IMG/VR virus record: IMGVR_UViG_2850756110_000006
Source of the DNA: a virus
Taxonomy: Duplodnaviria; Heunggongvirae; Uroviricota; Caudoviricetes
Length of the DNA: 36,404 nucleotides
Strand: one strand, 5' to 3'
Position numbers and translations under genes: made by a program. The notes under the pieces were generated by a model that was given only the letters and a program-made list of their open reading frames with translations, searched no databases and was not told the origin of the DNA. Positions 9,438-18,949 of this stretch are shown one piece after another; the first letter of the stretch is position 1, and each line of letters begins with the position of its first letter.

Positions 9438-9498
9438 CCCACTCTCACGCGAATGCTTTGCCCTTGACTTGCCAACAACCGTATCGCTTGCTCCGCAA

Positions 9499-10776
9499 CT
9501 ATGGTTTTTTATTAGAATCTTCGCCACTAAATAAATTATAATAAATTGATTTTATTAGATATCTGTCAGAATCTATATGGTCAGCACGAGTAGCATGCTC
9601 TAATGTTTCAAATGCTAGGGTTTGTGCGGCTTCAGCAAAAATTCCAGGCCAACCCTTACTCAGCATCGACAGTCCTTTAAGGACCCTTATCTGAATTTCC
9701 CTCATACTGGCACCATCGCGCGCAACAGGTGAGAAAAAGTCTTCAAGTAGATCGTTATTCTGAAGTGGTGCAACATGTACAGAAGGATATTTCACTTCTA
9801 TTTCATCAGATTTATTCTGCGCGTAAGCGGAAAGTATACGTACACCTCTGCCAATGACATCAATGGCGGTTCCAGGATCGTTCACTGCGGGGGAAAGGGC
9901 TCGGCAGGCTATTTCGGCCATGACGCTAAGACAAAATCGGGGGTCCTGAGCAAATGAACGTACATCCGAGACAATAATCGTCTCAAGTAAATCGGTGCTG
10001 ATTGATGACTCCTGGCCCTGACTCAGGTACAAAACTGGCGTGGACGGATGTATGAAACTGCCCGGCTGCGCCACGAGGTATACATGACGGGGATCATTGG
10101 TCAGCAGCTTGCTGAGTTTCACCATATCAACATATTCAACATAGCCAATCTTTTTCGGATAAACTGCAACCGTTCCTTTCGGCTGTTCATTGTTCTCAAG
10201 CCATGGATATCCGCCGAGACAGGGATTTCTTGCTCTCGCAATAAATGTTTCGATGGCCGCCTGTTCTACTTTTGCCGTTGTCTCACCAACCCTCCCCAGA
10301 GAGGTCAAATGCTGTATCCAGCGAAGCAATGTGATGAGGATTAAGGCAATGACAACCAGTGTTACAATGAATAAAATGACTCTCCCCCTTTCTCCATAAG
10401 CTCCCATATTGAGGGCAATAATCCCTACCAGACTGAAGAGAAAAGAACCGATGAAGGTGGCCAGTACATTTTGTGTGGTGACGTCTTCAACAACTAAACG
10501 AGTAGCTCTGGGAGTCACATTAGTAGTGGCTGAACCGTAGGCTGTGACCATGATGCTCAGCGAAAATGTGGTCACTGCCAGCATACTCGATGCCAGTATG
10601 TTCAGAATGTTATCGACTGCTTCCGCACCAACCTTCACGGAAACCGACTCAGGTATCATTGATTTAAAAAGAATTGATAAAAGGGCCGTTATTATTGCGA
10701 CAATTGCGAATAACGTTGCCCTGAACCATAGTTTTTTAAATGTCTGCTTCAGCATCCATTTCCAGCGTGAAATCAT
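9499..10776 (-). CDS. Membrane protein of unknown function (about 425 aa): four predicted N-terminal TM helices plus a roughly 270-aa soluble C-terminal domain; possibly DUF2254-like
   Basis: Intact ORF; start chosen at the second ATG (10776), which has a GAGGGA SD, the track start at 10791 does not; hydrophobic segments ATLFAIVAIITALLSILF, ILASSMLAVTTFSLSIMV, VLATFIGSFLFSLVGIIAL, VILFIVTLVVIALILITLL; family assignment from memory only. Confidence 0.7.
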   Translation of the reverse strand: MISRWKWMLKQTFKKLWFRATLFAIVAIITALLSILFKSMIPESVSVKVGAEAVDNILNILASSMLAVTTFSLSIMVTAYGSATTNVTPRATRLVVEDVTTQNVLATFIGSFLFSLVGIIALNMGAYGERGRVILFIVTLVVIALILITLLRWIQHLTSLGRVGETTAKVEQAAIETFIARARNPCLGGYPWLENNEQPKGTVAVYPKKIGYVEYVDMVKLSKLLTNDPRHVYLVAQPGSFIHPSTPVLYLSQGQESSISTDLLETIIVSDVRSFAQDPRFCLSVMAEIACRALSPAVNDPGTAIDVIGRGVRILSAYAQNKSDEIEVKYPSVHVAPLQNNDLLEDFFSPVARDGASMREIQIRVLKGLSMLSKGWPGIFAEAAQTLAFETLEHATRADHIDSDRYLIKSIYYNLFSGEDSNKKP

Positions 10777-10839
10777 TCTGCATTCCCTCATATTGCAGCC
10801 GGGATAAATAAATGCCGCCTCTGTGGCGGCATGTTGCTG

Positions 10840-12840
10840 TTAACGAACCAGATGCAGGAAGTGCAGGTGTTTTTCGTACTGGTCCAGTATGTCATTAATC
10901 AGCTGTTCCTGATTCCAGCCCATTACATCATAATTTTGGCCGCCCTCTTTGAGATAGACTTCAGCGCGATAATATCGATGTTGTTCACTCTGCTGCTCAT
11001 CATTATCCAGCGCAGCGAGCGCGAAGGTCGGTGAGTTATACCCGCGAAGCCTCACTTCATATATATAATTCAGCTCGTTGCCCAAATCGACTTCAAGGCG
11101 AATACGATCCTCGGCGGCGTCACTGATGTGGCTTATCGTTCCCTGCTTGTTAAGTTCCTCCTGAACCAGCGTCATGGCGGGTTGGATAATGTCGTCCATA
11201 AAACGTTTCACAAGAGAGCGCTTCGGCAAATACGCGATATTGCGTAACCTTCTCTGCCAGGGAATTGGGTTACGTGCAGCCGTAGGAGCAATAGTCGCCA
11301 TGCTAAGGCTTTCACGCTTGGTCAAATCCCGACGCAGGGCTTTTAACAGTCCGTATATGGATATTAATAAGATAACTGAGAAGGGCAATGCACTCGCTAT
11401 CGTTACGGTTTGCAACGCACTCAGCCCCCTGCGATCAGCAGGGCAATAGCAACAACGCCCATGAGCAATGCCCAGAAAATTCGCTGCCAGACGGGCGTGT
11501 TTGCCACCCCACCTGATGCCAGAGTATCCACAACCATTGCCCCGAATCAGCAGACGTTACAAAGAAGACGATGACCATCGCCATTGCAATGAATGACAGC
11601 ACGGAAGAGAACGGGAAATGCTCCAGGAAATTAAACAGGGCAAGCGCAACATCCTGCTGAACGGTATTGGCGAGGTCAGTGGCGCCCTGGTTCATGATGA
11701 GATAGATGGCGCTGTTTCCAAACACCGTCATCCACATGAGCGTAAAGCCGGCGGGAACAAACAACACGCCAGTCACGAACTCACGAATTGTCCTGCCGCG
11801 GGAAACGCGTGCAATGAACATACCTACAAACGGCGACCATGAAAGCCACCATCCCCAGTATAATAATGTCCAGCCCCCAGCCAGTTGCTCGACTTGGGTT
11901 CATACGCGTAAAGGTTGAACGTTTTACTCACCAGTTCCGACAGATAACCACCCGTATTTTCCACAAATGACTTCAGCAGAAGCACAGTGGGACCCAGGCA
12001 CAAGACCAGCGCCAGGAGCAACACCGCCAGGCCCAGATTAAGCTCAGACAGGATGCGTATTCCCTTGTCCAGGCCGGACACCACCGAAATCGTCGCTAAC
12101 CCCGTGATGACCACGATCAAAATGACCTGTACCGTTTCATTGATGGGCACGCCGAAAAGATGGTTCAAACCGGCATTCACCTGCAATACACCGTAACCCA
12201 GCGATGTTGCAACGCCAAAGACAGTGCCTATCACGGCGAAGATATCAACCGCGTGGCCTATAGGCCCGTAAATGCGATCGCCGATAATGGGATAGAGCGC
12301 AGAACGCAGCGTTAAAGGCAGACCGTGACGGTAACTGAAAAAGGCCAGAATCAGCGCCACGATGGCATAAATTGCCCATGCGTGCAGACCCCAGTGGAAG
12401 AACGTCAGGCGCATGGCTTCCTTCGCTGCCGCAACGGTCTCTGGAGTGCCGACAGGTGGCGAAAGATAATGCATCACAGGTTCGGCAACGCCAAAGAACA
12501 TCAGGCCGATCCCCATCCCTGCCGAAAAAAGCATCGCGAACCAGGAGTGGTAGCTGAAATCAGGCTGCGCATGGTCTGGGCCCAGCTTTATATCACCGTA
12601 ACGTGAGAGTCCAAGGAACGTGACGCTCAGTAAAATCAGGGCCACAGCAAGTATGTAGAACCAGCTGGCATTCGTGAAGATTTGTTGCTGAAGTAGTTTA
12701 AAATTTTTGTCGGCGACATCCGGGAATACGGCGGCAAAGGCGACAAGAAGGAAAATTAGCAAAGCAGATGTAAAGAATACCGCTTTGTTAACCTGGCTTG
12801 TAGACTTCTTTGGGGTTGTATCATTTTCACTCATAATCAT
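10840..12840 (-). pseudogene. BCCT-family (BetT-like) betaine/choline transporter gene broken by at least three frameshifts
   Basis: Fragments 11824-12840, 11435-11821 and 10840-11415 carry consecutive BCCT segments, including [32 protein letters not shown] recovered only by switching frame near 11880; further shifts near 11510 and 11425. Confidence 0.8.
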
Positions 12841-13082
12841 TTATTCCATTAATTAAATCCGCACTGGATAGAAGGTACTACCTCTCACAGAGTAGCAAAG
12901 TTCAACTGGCTATGCGGGATTAATCGGAATGCATGGTGGAATGAGTGCCGATACAAATCATCCTATATTCTAAGGAGTTTTAAGTTACTCAGCCTGCCAA
13001 TTACTGGGGCATTTAATTTGTATGATCTGTATCAAAGCTGGGATATAAGTTAAGTGAAGTATATTAGGCACGAATTACCAGC

Positions 13083-13112
13083 GTCTGCTCTTGGCACAGA
13101 GCGGACTGTCAG
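13083..13112. repeat. Imperfect palindrome, motif copy C, between the transporter pseudogene and G
   Basis: GTCTGCTCT-TGGCAC-AGAGCGGACTGTCAG, related to copies A and B. Confidence 0.55.
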
Positions 13113-13155
13113 ATTAGACTTTACTCTGTGCTATAGGTATGTCAGCTCATACAAC

Positions 13156-13683
13156 TTATTGCGGCATTTCCGGCCATTCAGGATTTGCAGGATCCACACG
13201 ACTGACCAGAACGCTGTAGCGTTCCCATGCTTCCAGTCGGCTGCGCTCCTCATCTGTTGCCATATTCAGCCTGACAGCGCGCTCCAGCGGCAAAATCACG
13301 GATTCAGCTTCGGAAAGTAAAGTTGCCTTTTGTGATTCTGCCAGTTGCTGCTGTTCGTCTGCCGTATAAATCCGCTTAATCACGGCACCATCCTTAAACA
13401 TCCATTTACCTGAGTCATCAGCACGTCGGTTGGCGGTAATATCAGGAACCTCGACAACGCTAAAACCTTCAGGGTTAAGCGTTGAAGCATCTCTGGTGAT
13501 GCCGACAATTATATTATTCTCGTCGTAAACAATCTTTATCGTGTCTTCCTGAAAATTACTTACTTCCTCATACCAGTTTTTTCCGTCTTCAGACCATAAC
13601 CAGATAACATCAAAATTTTTTGTCAGTTGATATTGGGCAACAGTTTTGGGATTACCCGCAGTAATATTTTTTAAATGCTGCAT
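13156..13683 (-). CDS. G: Tail fibre assembly protein G (175 aa)
   Basis: Matches P2 gpG in length and sequence. Confidence 0.9.
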   Translation of the reverse strand: MQHLKNITAGNPKTVAQYQLTKNFDVIWLWSEDGKNWYEEVSNFQEDTIKIVYDENNIIVGITRDASTLNPEGFSVVEVPDITANRRADDSGKWMFKDGAVIKRIYTADEQQQLAESQKATLLSEAESVILPLERAVRLNMATDEERSRLEAWERYSVLVSRVDPANPEWPEMPQ

Positions 13684-13686
13684 AAA

Positions 13687-15777
13687 TTACACCTGTGCGA
13701 CGTTATACCATGTGCCATTAATGTATTTTTGTATTGGTCTGAATACTGCCGGATCATCGCCATCAACTTCGCCGACAATGCCAAGCCCTGTAATTACATG
13801 GCCTGATTTCTCATACATCACGCCTTTTTGCATGGTCTGAACAACACGCGTACCCAGGCGAACATCTTTCACATAGCGGGAATCAAAATTTCCGTAATCT
13901 GATGGGTTAACACGTCCAGTAACACTCAGGCCATGCCCCATTGACACTCCGCCATTGGCGTTATTGATAGTCAGCGGTCTTAAACCGTTCCATGTTCCAA
14001 ATTTATCGCCAGAGGCCGTCAGCATTAAATATGTGCTGCCGCCATCATTCCTGATAAAGAATCCATAATTGCCATAAGCAATGCGCAGACCATTAGCACT
14101 GAGCGATGTAATTTCACCTCTTGAACGAAGACCATAAGCAGAGCTGAGTGATAATTCTTCCTGAGCATCAGTATTACCTGTCGCCCAGCGAATTACCCCG
14201 CCCTGTACTGTTTCATGCCAGATAGTGTCTCCTTCTCCACCACGAAACTTTCTGAGATATTTTTTGCCGCCTCTGGTGCCGGAACATAAGGCCGTAGACA
14301 TATAGGCATTCTGGCTTCCACTATCCTGATTAATAGTTCCAGACATAGAATCGCCGTAACGGTTCCAGTCACGCCGCCAGCCAGGAGCATAGTTGTCCCC
14401 GTGGTTAATATAAGTAAATTGCGCGCTTGTAGCGCCCCCACCGCTTGATGTTGTTGGTGTGGTAATACGAATAGTCATTGCAGACTTTATGCCCATTACC
14501 TCAATAACAGCGCCAGCAAGATGAATATTGCCACAGCCAGTATCCGTAATGATTTTGTTATTTGCATATGACCAGGAGCCTTTGCACATCCAGTACGGAT
14601 GATTAAATGCACCACGGGAATCCAGCCATTCAATAAACTGAGCGGTTGTCCAGTTTCCGGCTTCAGTGCTCAAAGCGCCGCTATAAGCACGACAGGCACC
14701 GATATTTTTCGTGAAGGTATCCTTTCCCGGAATATCCGCACCGTTCTGATCTTTCTGAAGACGTTTTTCAGCATTGTCATAGGCAGACTTCACCGCCTTT
14801 GGCGTTGCAGCCTGCGTTTCAGAATCACTGTTGGTGGCGCTACTGAGCTGGACAAGACCTTTTCGCGCCGTGGTGGCATCCTGTGCAGTGTATTTCCCGT
14901 TAGCAAGGTCATATGCTGTCTTAACCGCCTTTGGCGTTGCCGCAAGCGTTTCAGAATCGCTGTTGGTGGCGCTACTGAGCTGAACAAGGCCTTTTCGCGC
15001 TGTTGTGGCATCCTGTGCAGTGTATTTCCCGTTAGCAAGGTCATATGCTGCCTTTACCGCTTTCGGCGTTGCGGCGAGCGTTTCAGACGTGCTGTTAGTC
15101 GCACTACTGAGCTGAACAAGGCCTTTTCGCGCGGTGGTAGCGTCCTGTGCGGTATATTTCCCGTTAGCAAGGTCATATGCGGCCTTAACCGCTTTCGGAG
15201 TTGCAGCCAGTGTTTCAGACGTGCTGTTGGTCGCACTGCTTAACTGAGTAAAACCTTTTGCGGTCAGCGAGGCGTCAGGGTGACGTCGTGACTGTTCATG
15301 TTCTGCAATTTTGTCATCAACGTAATCCTGCGTTGCCATCACCGTTGTGGTGTCAATGGTCAGCTCCACTGAGGCCACACTGCTGACGATGATGACCATG
15401 CGGCAGGTCTGCGAACGCCCTGAGCCTTCGGCAAGGGCTGGCTTATAACTTTCGGCCATGTTCGCCACGGCAATTAGCGTTCCCGCATCATCGTACAGGC
15501 CAAGTTCACGCATCCAGAAACCGCCCACCTCCGGCGGAATAACCAGCTCTGCGATAATATAATTACTGTTTCGTTTGTCCTGGCTGATTTTGTTCAGCGC
15601 ATGTCGCCAGACTTCATGGATAAGCCCGGTCTGTCCGGCATCCGGGACAGGCAATTTACCACCGCCATCCCCGACGGCCATCGTGGTAATGTTGACCTTC
15701 CGCCCTCCCGGTGCGGTTGCCGCTGCCAGCTTTGCTGCACCGGCAGTGGTGATAACGGTTTTGAATTTTGTGCTCAT
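13687..15777 (-). CDS. H: Tail fibre protein H (696 aa) with internal tandem repeats and a variable C-terminal receptor-binding region
   Basis: Conserved P2 H N-terminus MSTKFKTVITTAGAAKLAAA...; about four 44-aa repeats (QLSSATNSxSETLAATPKAVKAAYDLANGKYTAQDATTARKGLV). Confidence 0.9.
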   Translation of the reverse strand: MSTKFKTVITTAGAAKLAAATAPGGRKVNITTMAVGDGGGKLPVPDAGQTGLIHEVWRHALNKISQDKRNSNYIIAELVIPPEVGGFWMRELGLYDDAGTLIAVANMAESYKPALAEGSGRSQTCRMVIIVSSVASVELTIDTTTVMATQDYVDDKIAEHEQSRRHPDASLTAKGFTQLSSATNSTSETLAATPKAVKAAYDLANGKYTAQDATTARKGLVQLSSATNSTSETLAATPKAVKAAYDLANGKYTAQDATTARKGLVQLSSATNSDSETLAATPKAVKTAYDLANGKYTAQDATTARKGLVQLSSATNSDSETQAATPKAVKSAYDNAEKRLQKDQNGADIPGKDTFTKNIGACRAYSGALSTEAGNWTTAQFIEWLDSRGAFNHPYWMCKGSWSYANNKIITDTGCGNIHLAGAVIEVMGIKSAMTIRITTPTTSSGGGATSAQFTYINHGDNYAPGWRRDWNRYGDSMSGTINQDSGSQNAYMSTALCSGTRGGKKYLRKFRGGEGDTIWHETVQGGVIRWATGNTDAQEELSLSSAYGLRSRGEITSLSANGLRIAYGNYGFFIRNDGGSTYLMLTASGDKFGTWNGLRPLTINNANGGVSMGHGLSVTGRVNPSDYGNFDSRYVKDVRLGTRVVQTMQKGVMYEKSGHVITGLGIVGEVDGDDPAVFRPIQKYINGTWYNVAQV
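14773..15261. repeat. Tandem 132-bp coding repeats (about 3.7 copies) inside H; coordinates approximate
   Basis: 44-aa period in the H protein; repetitive shadow ORFs on other frames (14599-15243, 14790-15044). Confidence 0.8.
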
Positions 15778-15787
15778 TATTCCTCAC

Positions 15788-16318
15788 TTATCCGGGGTAA
15801 ACCGTAATTACATCGCCGTCGTAAGCCACACCACCGGCGAACAGGTAGCCGGGAATATCCCGGGTAATGTTCAGGCCAATAAGATGACGGCTTGCAGGTT
15901 TGGCATCAGCAATAAGCCGTTCCATTTCCTGATACATTGCCTCTGTGATGCCGCTTTCCAGTACGCCAATATCAAGCCGGAAGGTGCCTGGCGGGTCACT
16001 GGTTTCCCACCACTCCGTCACGTTGATGAGATAGCCCAGCGGCTCCACCACACGCCGGATTGCACCTATAGTGCCTTTATGACAGTGGATGAAATAGGCA
16101 TCGCGAATAACGGCGCGTTTGGTCGCTTCCGGCCACTTTTCATCCCACCTGTCGACCGAAAACGCCCACGCCAGCCACGGCAGCAGATTTGCCGGACAGG
16201 TATCCGGGTTCCACAGATCACGAATACTGACCGGCGTTTTTTCAATTTCCGCACAGGCTTTTGCGGCGGCGACTTCAAGCGGTGATGAGCCGGTCGGCAG
16301 CAGGCGCGAATCACTCAT
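15788..16318 (-). CDS. I: Baseplate assembly protein I (176 aa)
   Basis: Matches P2 gpI. Confidence 0.95.
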   Translation of the reverse strand: MSDSRLLPTGSSPLEVAAAKACAEIEKTPVSIRDLWNPDTCPANLLPWLAWAFSVDRWDEKWPEATKRAVIRDAYFIHCHKGTIGAIRRVVEPLGYLINVTEWWETSDPPGTFRLDIGVLESGITEAMYQEMERLIADAKPASRHLIGLNITRDIPGYLFAGGVAYDGDVITVYPG

Positions 16319-17219
16319 CCGAGCCTCCGGTCACGACGCGGTATTCGGTACAGAAAGACGCCTGCGTACTGTTGAGCACAATGTCGGCCAGTGGTGCAGC
16401 CAGTTCGACACGCTGCACGCCTTCCACATGCAAAGCGGCATAAATGGCAGACAGACGGATGTCGCGCCCCAGCCGGTGCTGTGCCGTGATGTACGCTTCC
16501 AGTTTTTTCACGGCGGCAGCGCGGATGGGTTCGCTTTCGGGACCAGGGTAAAGGTAAAGCGTGGCGTTTATCTGGTATTCAACGATGGCGGCAGACTGCA
16601 CGGTCACGCGGTCGGCTACCGGCCTGACGTCCTCGCCATTAAGGGCGTTACGCACCACCGCCAGCAGGTCTTCGGATGCGACACCGTTATTTTCACGTGA
16701 CAGCACAGAGATGGTGACGCAGGCCGGAGAAGGACTGGTGACAGAGATATCTGCGACACGCCCGTCGGCACTTCGACCATGATACTGATAGGCCCCCACC
16801 GACCCGGCGACGCTTAAACCTTCAAACGCCTGCTGAATACGCAGACGATAATCGGTGTCAGATTCCATCTCGGCCGGTGTCGGCGGGAGGGTCGAATCAT
16901 CTGCCGGGGTGATAATCAGGCGCGCGGTGTTGTAATTGGCACCAATCACATCAAGGTCATTACCGGCAGCACAGGCCAGCATCACCGCCCGTGCGGCCTC
17001 ATTCACACGCTGACGCCAGATAAGCTCACGATAAGCATTTTCCTCCAGCAGTTTGACGAGAGGCTCAGATTCAAGCGTCAGGGTACGGGCGACCGCCTCC
17101 TGCTGGTCTTCCGGGTAAAGGGAAATCAGTGTCGCCTTGCGTTCGGCAAGAATGGTTTCAAAGTCCAGCTCCTCGACCACATCCGGTGCGGGTAGCTGGT
17201 TCAGGTCGATAATCGGCAT
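16311..17219 (-). CDS. J: Baseplate assembly protein J (302 aa)
   Basis: Matches P2 gpJ. Confidence 0.95.
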   Translation of the reverse strand: MPIIDLNQLPAPDVVEELDFETILAERKATLISLYPEDQQEAVARTLTLESEPLVKLLEENAYRELIWRQRVNEAARAVMLACAAGNDLDVIGANYNTARLIITPADDSTLPPTPAEMESDTDYRLRIQQAFEGLSVAGSVGAYQYHGRSADGRVADISVTSPSPACVTISVLSRENNGVASEDLLAVVRNALNGEDVRPVADRVTVQSAAIVEYQINATLYLYPGPESEPIRAAAVKKLEAYITAQHRLGRDIRLSAIYAALHVEGVQRVELAAPLADIVLNSTQASFCTEYRVVTGGSDE

Positions 17220-17223
17220 GGTT

Positions 17224-17571
17224 TCAACTCACAGGGATGGTTAACGAAAGTGGCTGGCCGGTGTCGTTGTGCTGACCGGTTAACGTGACCGTCATTCGCC
17301 CGTCAAAACTGCGCGCCGTGGTGACGGATGACAGGGTGACGCGGGGTTCCCATTTCAGCACTGCCATGTAACAGGCGACCTTAATCTGCAACTCAAGCGC
17401 CGGGGTCTGCGGCTGGTCAATCATTGATGCCAGCAACGAGCCGTAATCACGACGCATCACCCGTGAGCCGACCGGTGTGCGCAGGATATCGCCGATACTC
17501 TGGCTGATATGCTCAAGGTCAGTGACCGTCAGGCCATCACTGCGATTCATTCCGAGATAACGCGCTGTCAT
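17224..17571 (-). CDS. W: Baseplate protein W (115 aa)
   Basis: Matches P2 gpW. Confidence 0.95.
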   Translation of the reverse strand: MTARYLGMNRSDGLTVTDLEHISQSIGDILRTPVGSRVMRRDYGSLLASMIDQPQTPALELQIKVACYMAVLKWEPRVTLSSVTTARSFDGRMTVTLTGQHNDTGQPLSLTIPVS

Positions 17572-18197
17572 AGAGGACTCCCGGTTGTGCCGCCGCTGTC
17601 GCCGGGGTGTTTATGGGTATGCAGTACCTTCCCGTTTGATGAAAGTTCACCGCCGGTGTGTTCAATGTTGCCGCGCATCGTCCCGCCCTTCTGCACTTCC
17701 AGCGTGCCGGTAATCAGCTTGTTGGTGCAGACCACCTCCGGTGTGTCCAGGGTGACGCGGGTTGATGCTTTCACCATGACCACCGGCACCGTGGCAGTAA
17801 CAGAATCAGAAGCCGTCACGCTGGCCGTTTTAATTCCGCTTACCGTGAGTGCACTGGTTTCAGGTTCATACTCAATCACCGCCCCGTCAGGGAAACGGAT
17901 ATGCAGGGCATCCGCCGACGCCGACGGCGCGGGGTTATCGCCGGAATAAATCCCCGGCAGAACGAACGCCGTGTCGAGTTCACCGCCCACGGCCAGAATC
18001 AGCACCTGTTCCCCCACGGAAGGTGCCCACCATGTGCGCGAACGACCGGCGCGATGGGTCAGCCACTGAAGCCAGTCGGTGCACATGCCGCCGGTCTGCA
18101 CACGGCAGCGACCGGCATTAAGGTCGGTTTCGACGATAATGCCAGTGCGAATCATATTGCGTATAAAGCGAAGAATTTCATTGTATTGTGCATTCAT
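17568..18197 (-). CDS. V: Baseplate spike protein V (about 210 aa); N-terminal ~15 residues differ from P2
   Basis: From ...RNMIRTGIIVETDLNAGRCRVQTGG onward matches P2 gpV; ATG at 18197, the track ORF starts at an upstream TTG. Confidence 0.9.
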   Translation of the reverse strand: MNAQYNEILRFIRNMIRTGIIVETDLNAGRCRVQTGGMCTDWLQWLTHRAGRSRTWWAPSVGEQVLILAVGGELDTAFVLPGIYSGDNPAPSASADALHIRFPDGAVIEYEPETSALTVSGIKTASVTASDSVTATVPVVMVKASTRVTLDTPEVVCTNKLITGTLEVQKGGTMRGNIEHTGGELSSNGKVLHTHKHPGDSGGTTGSPL

Positions 18198-18283
18198 TCG
18201 ATAATAATGATTCTGTACAATCTCGAAGTAAATCACACCACGATTTCTGGTGCACAGAACAACAAGGGACAACAAAATCCATT

Positions 18284-18949
18284 ATGAGTACTTACTTTTT
18301 CTCGTCAGAAACAATGAAAGAATTGTTCAAAGATTATCTGGTCTTTTTGAACACGCTGACTCCCGGCACAAACTTTGAATCAAGCAGAAACAAAATAATT
18401 GCTCAAGCAATAAACTTCATTTCCGAAAACCCTGAAGATTGGGACAAAAAATCCCAGTACAACATTGCTATGATTGGCGACACCTTTAAAAGTTTCTTAA
18501 GAGAAAAGGGAGAAGATAACAACAGCATCAACCTTATATTCACTTGCTTTTTTAGATTTATCATTGAACCAAGCATTCTCTCTCCGGAAATAGAGTCTCA
18601 CTTTTCACCACTAAGAACCATCAAGGATTTTGCTCTGTATAACTATAATGAATTCGATGAGCGGAGCAGAGCACAGATAGACTTTTCTCTTAGAGAACTG
18701 CCATTAGCAATGGTTAAAGAAGTTTTAAGCTCCAGCAATGTTGACACATATAAAAAATACATTGATAGTTTAAACGAAGGGCGTCAATTTTTCGAAAAGT
18801 GCGACTCCTTCTTAAAGGAGCAACATGCCAAAATAGAGTCAATCAAAGAGTCATTAAAAGGGTATGAGGTCGCATTTAATTTTGTTGGATTGTTTGAAGG
18901 CTTTAATTCACTTGGCAAAAAGAAAGTGAAATCATGCTATCAAGAATAA
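18284..18949 (+). CDS. Hypothetical protein (221 aa), first gene of an AT-rich cassette inserted between V and S
   Basis: Intact ORF with AAGGGA SD-like sequence upstream of the ATG at 18284; strongly AT-rich; no recognisable motif; the track start at 18188 lies inside V and is rejected. Confidence 0.65.
   Translation: MSTYFFSSETMKELFKDYLVFLNTLTPGTNFESSRNKIIAQAINFISENPEDWDKKSQYNIAMIGDTFKSFLREKGEDNNSINLIFTCFFRFIIEPSILSPEIESHFSPLRTIKDFALYNYNEFDERSRAQIDFSLRELPLAMVKEVLSSSNVDTYKKYIDSLNEGRQFFEKCDSFLKEQHAKIESIKESLKGYEVAFNFVGLFEGFNSLGKKKVKSCYQE

Noticed and set aside
9421-13100. Sigma-54 promoter (TGGCAC -24 element) in palindrome copies B and C
   Set aside because: No TTGC(A/T) -12 element at the correct spacing; TGGCAC is better explained as the centre of the palindromic motif.
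14773-15261. Possible CRISPR array suggested by regular repeats
   Set aside because: The repeats are 132-bp in-frame coding units inside the tail fibre gene with no unique spacers; no CRISPR-like array exists elsewhere in the window.
18934-18949. Programmed frameshift fusing the two S-V cassette genes into one protein
   Set aside because: The ATG of the second gene overlaps the stop of the first, which fits ordinary translational coupling; no convincing slippery heptamer.
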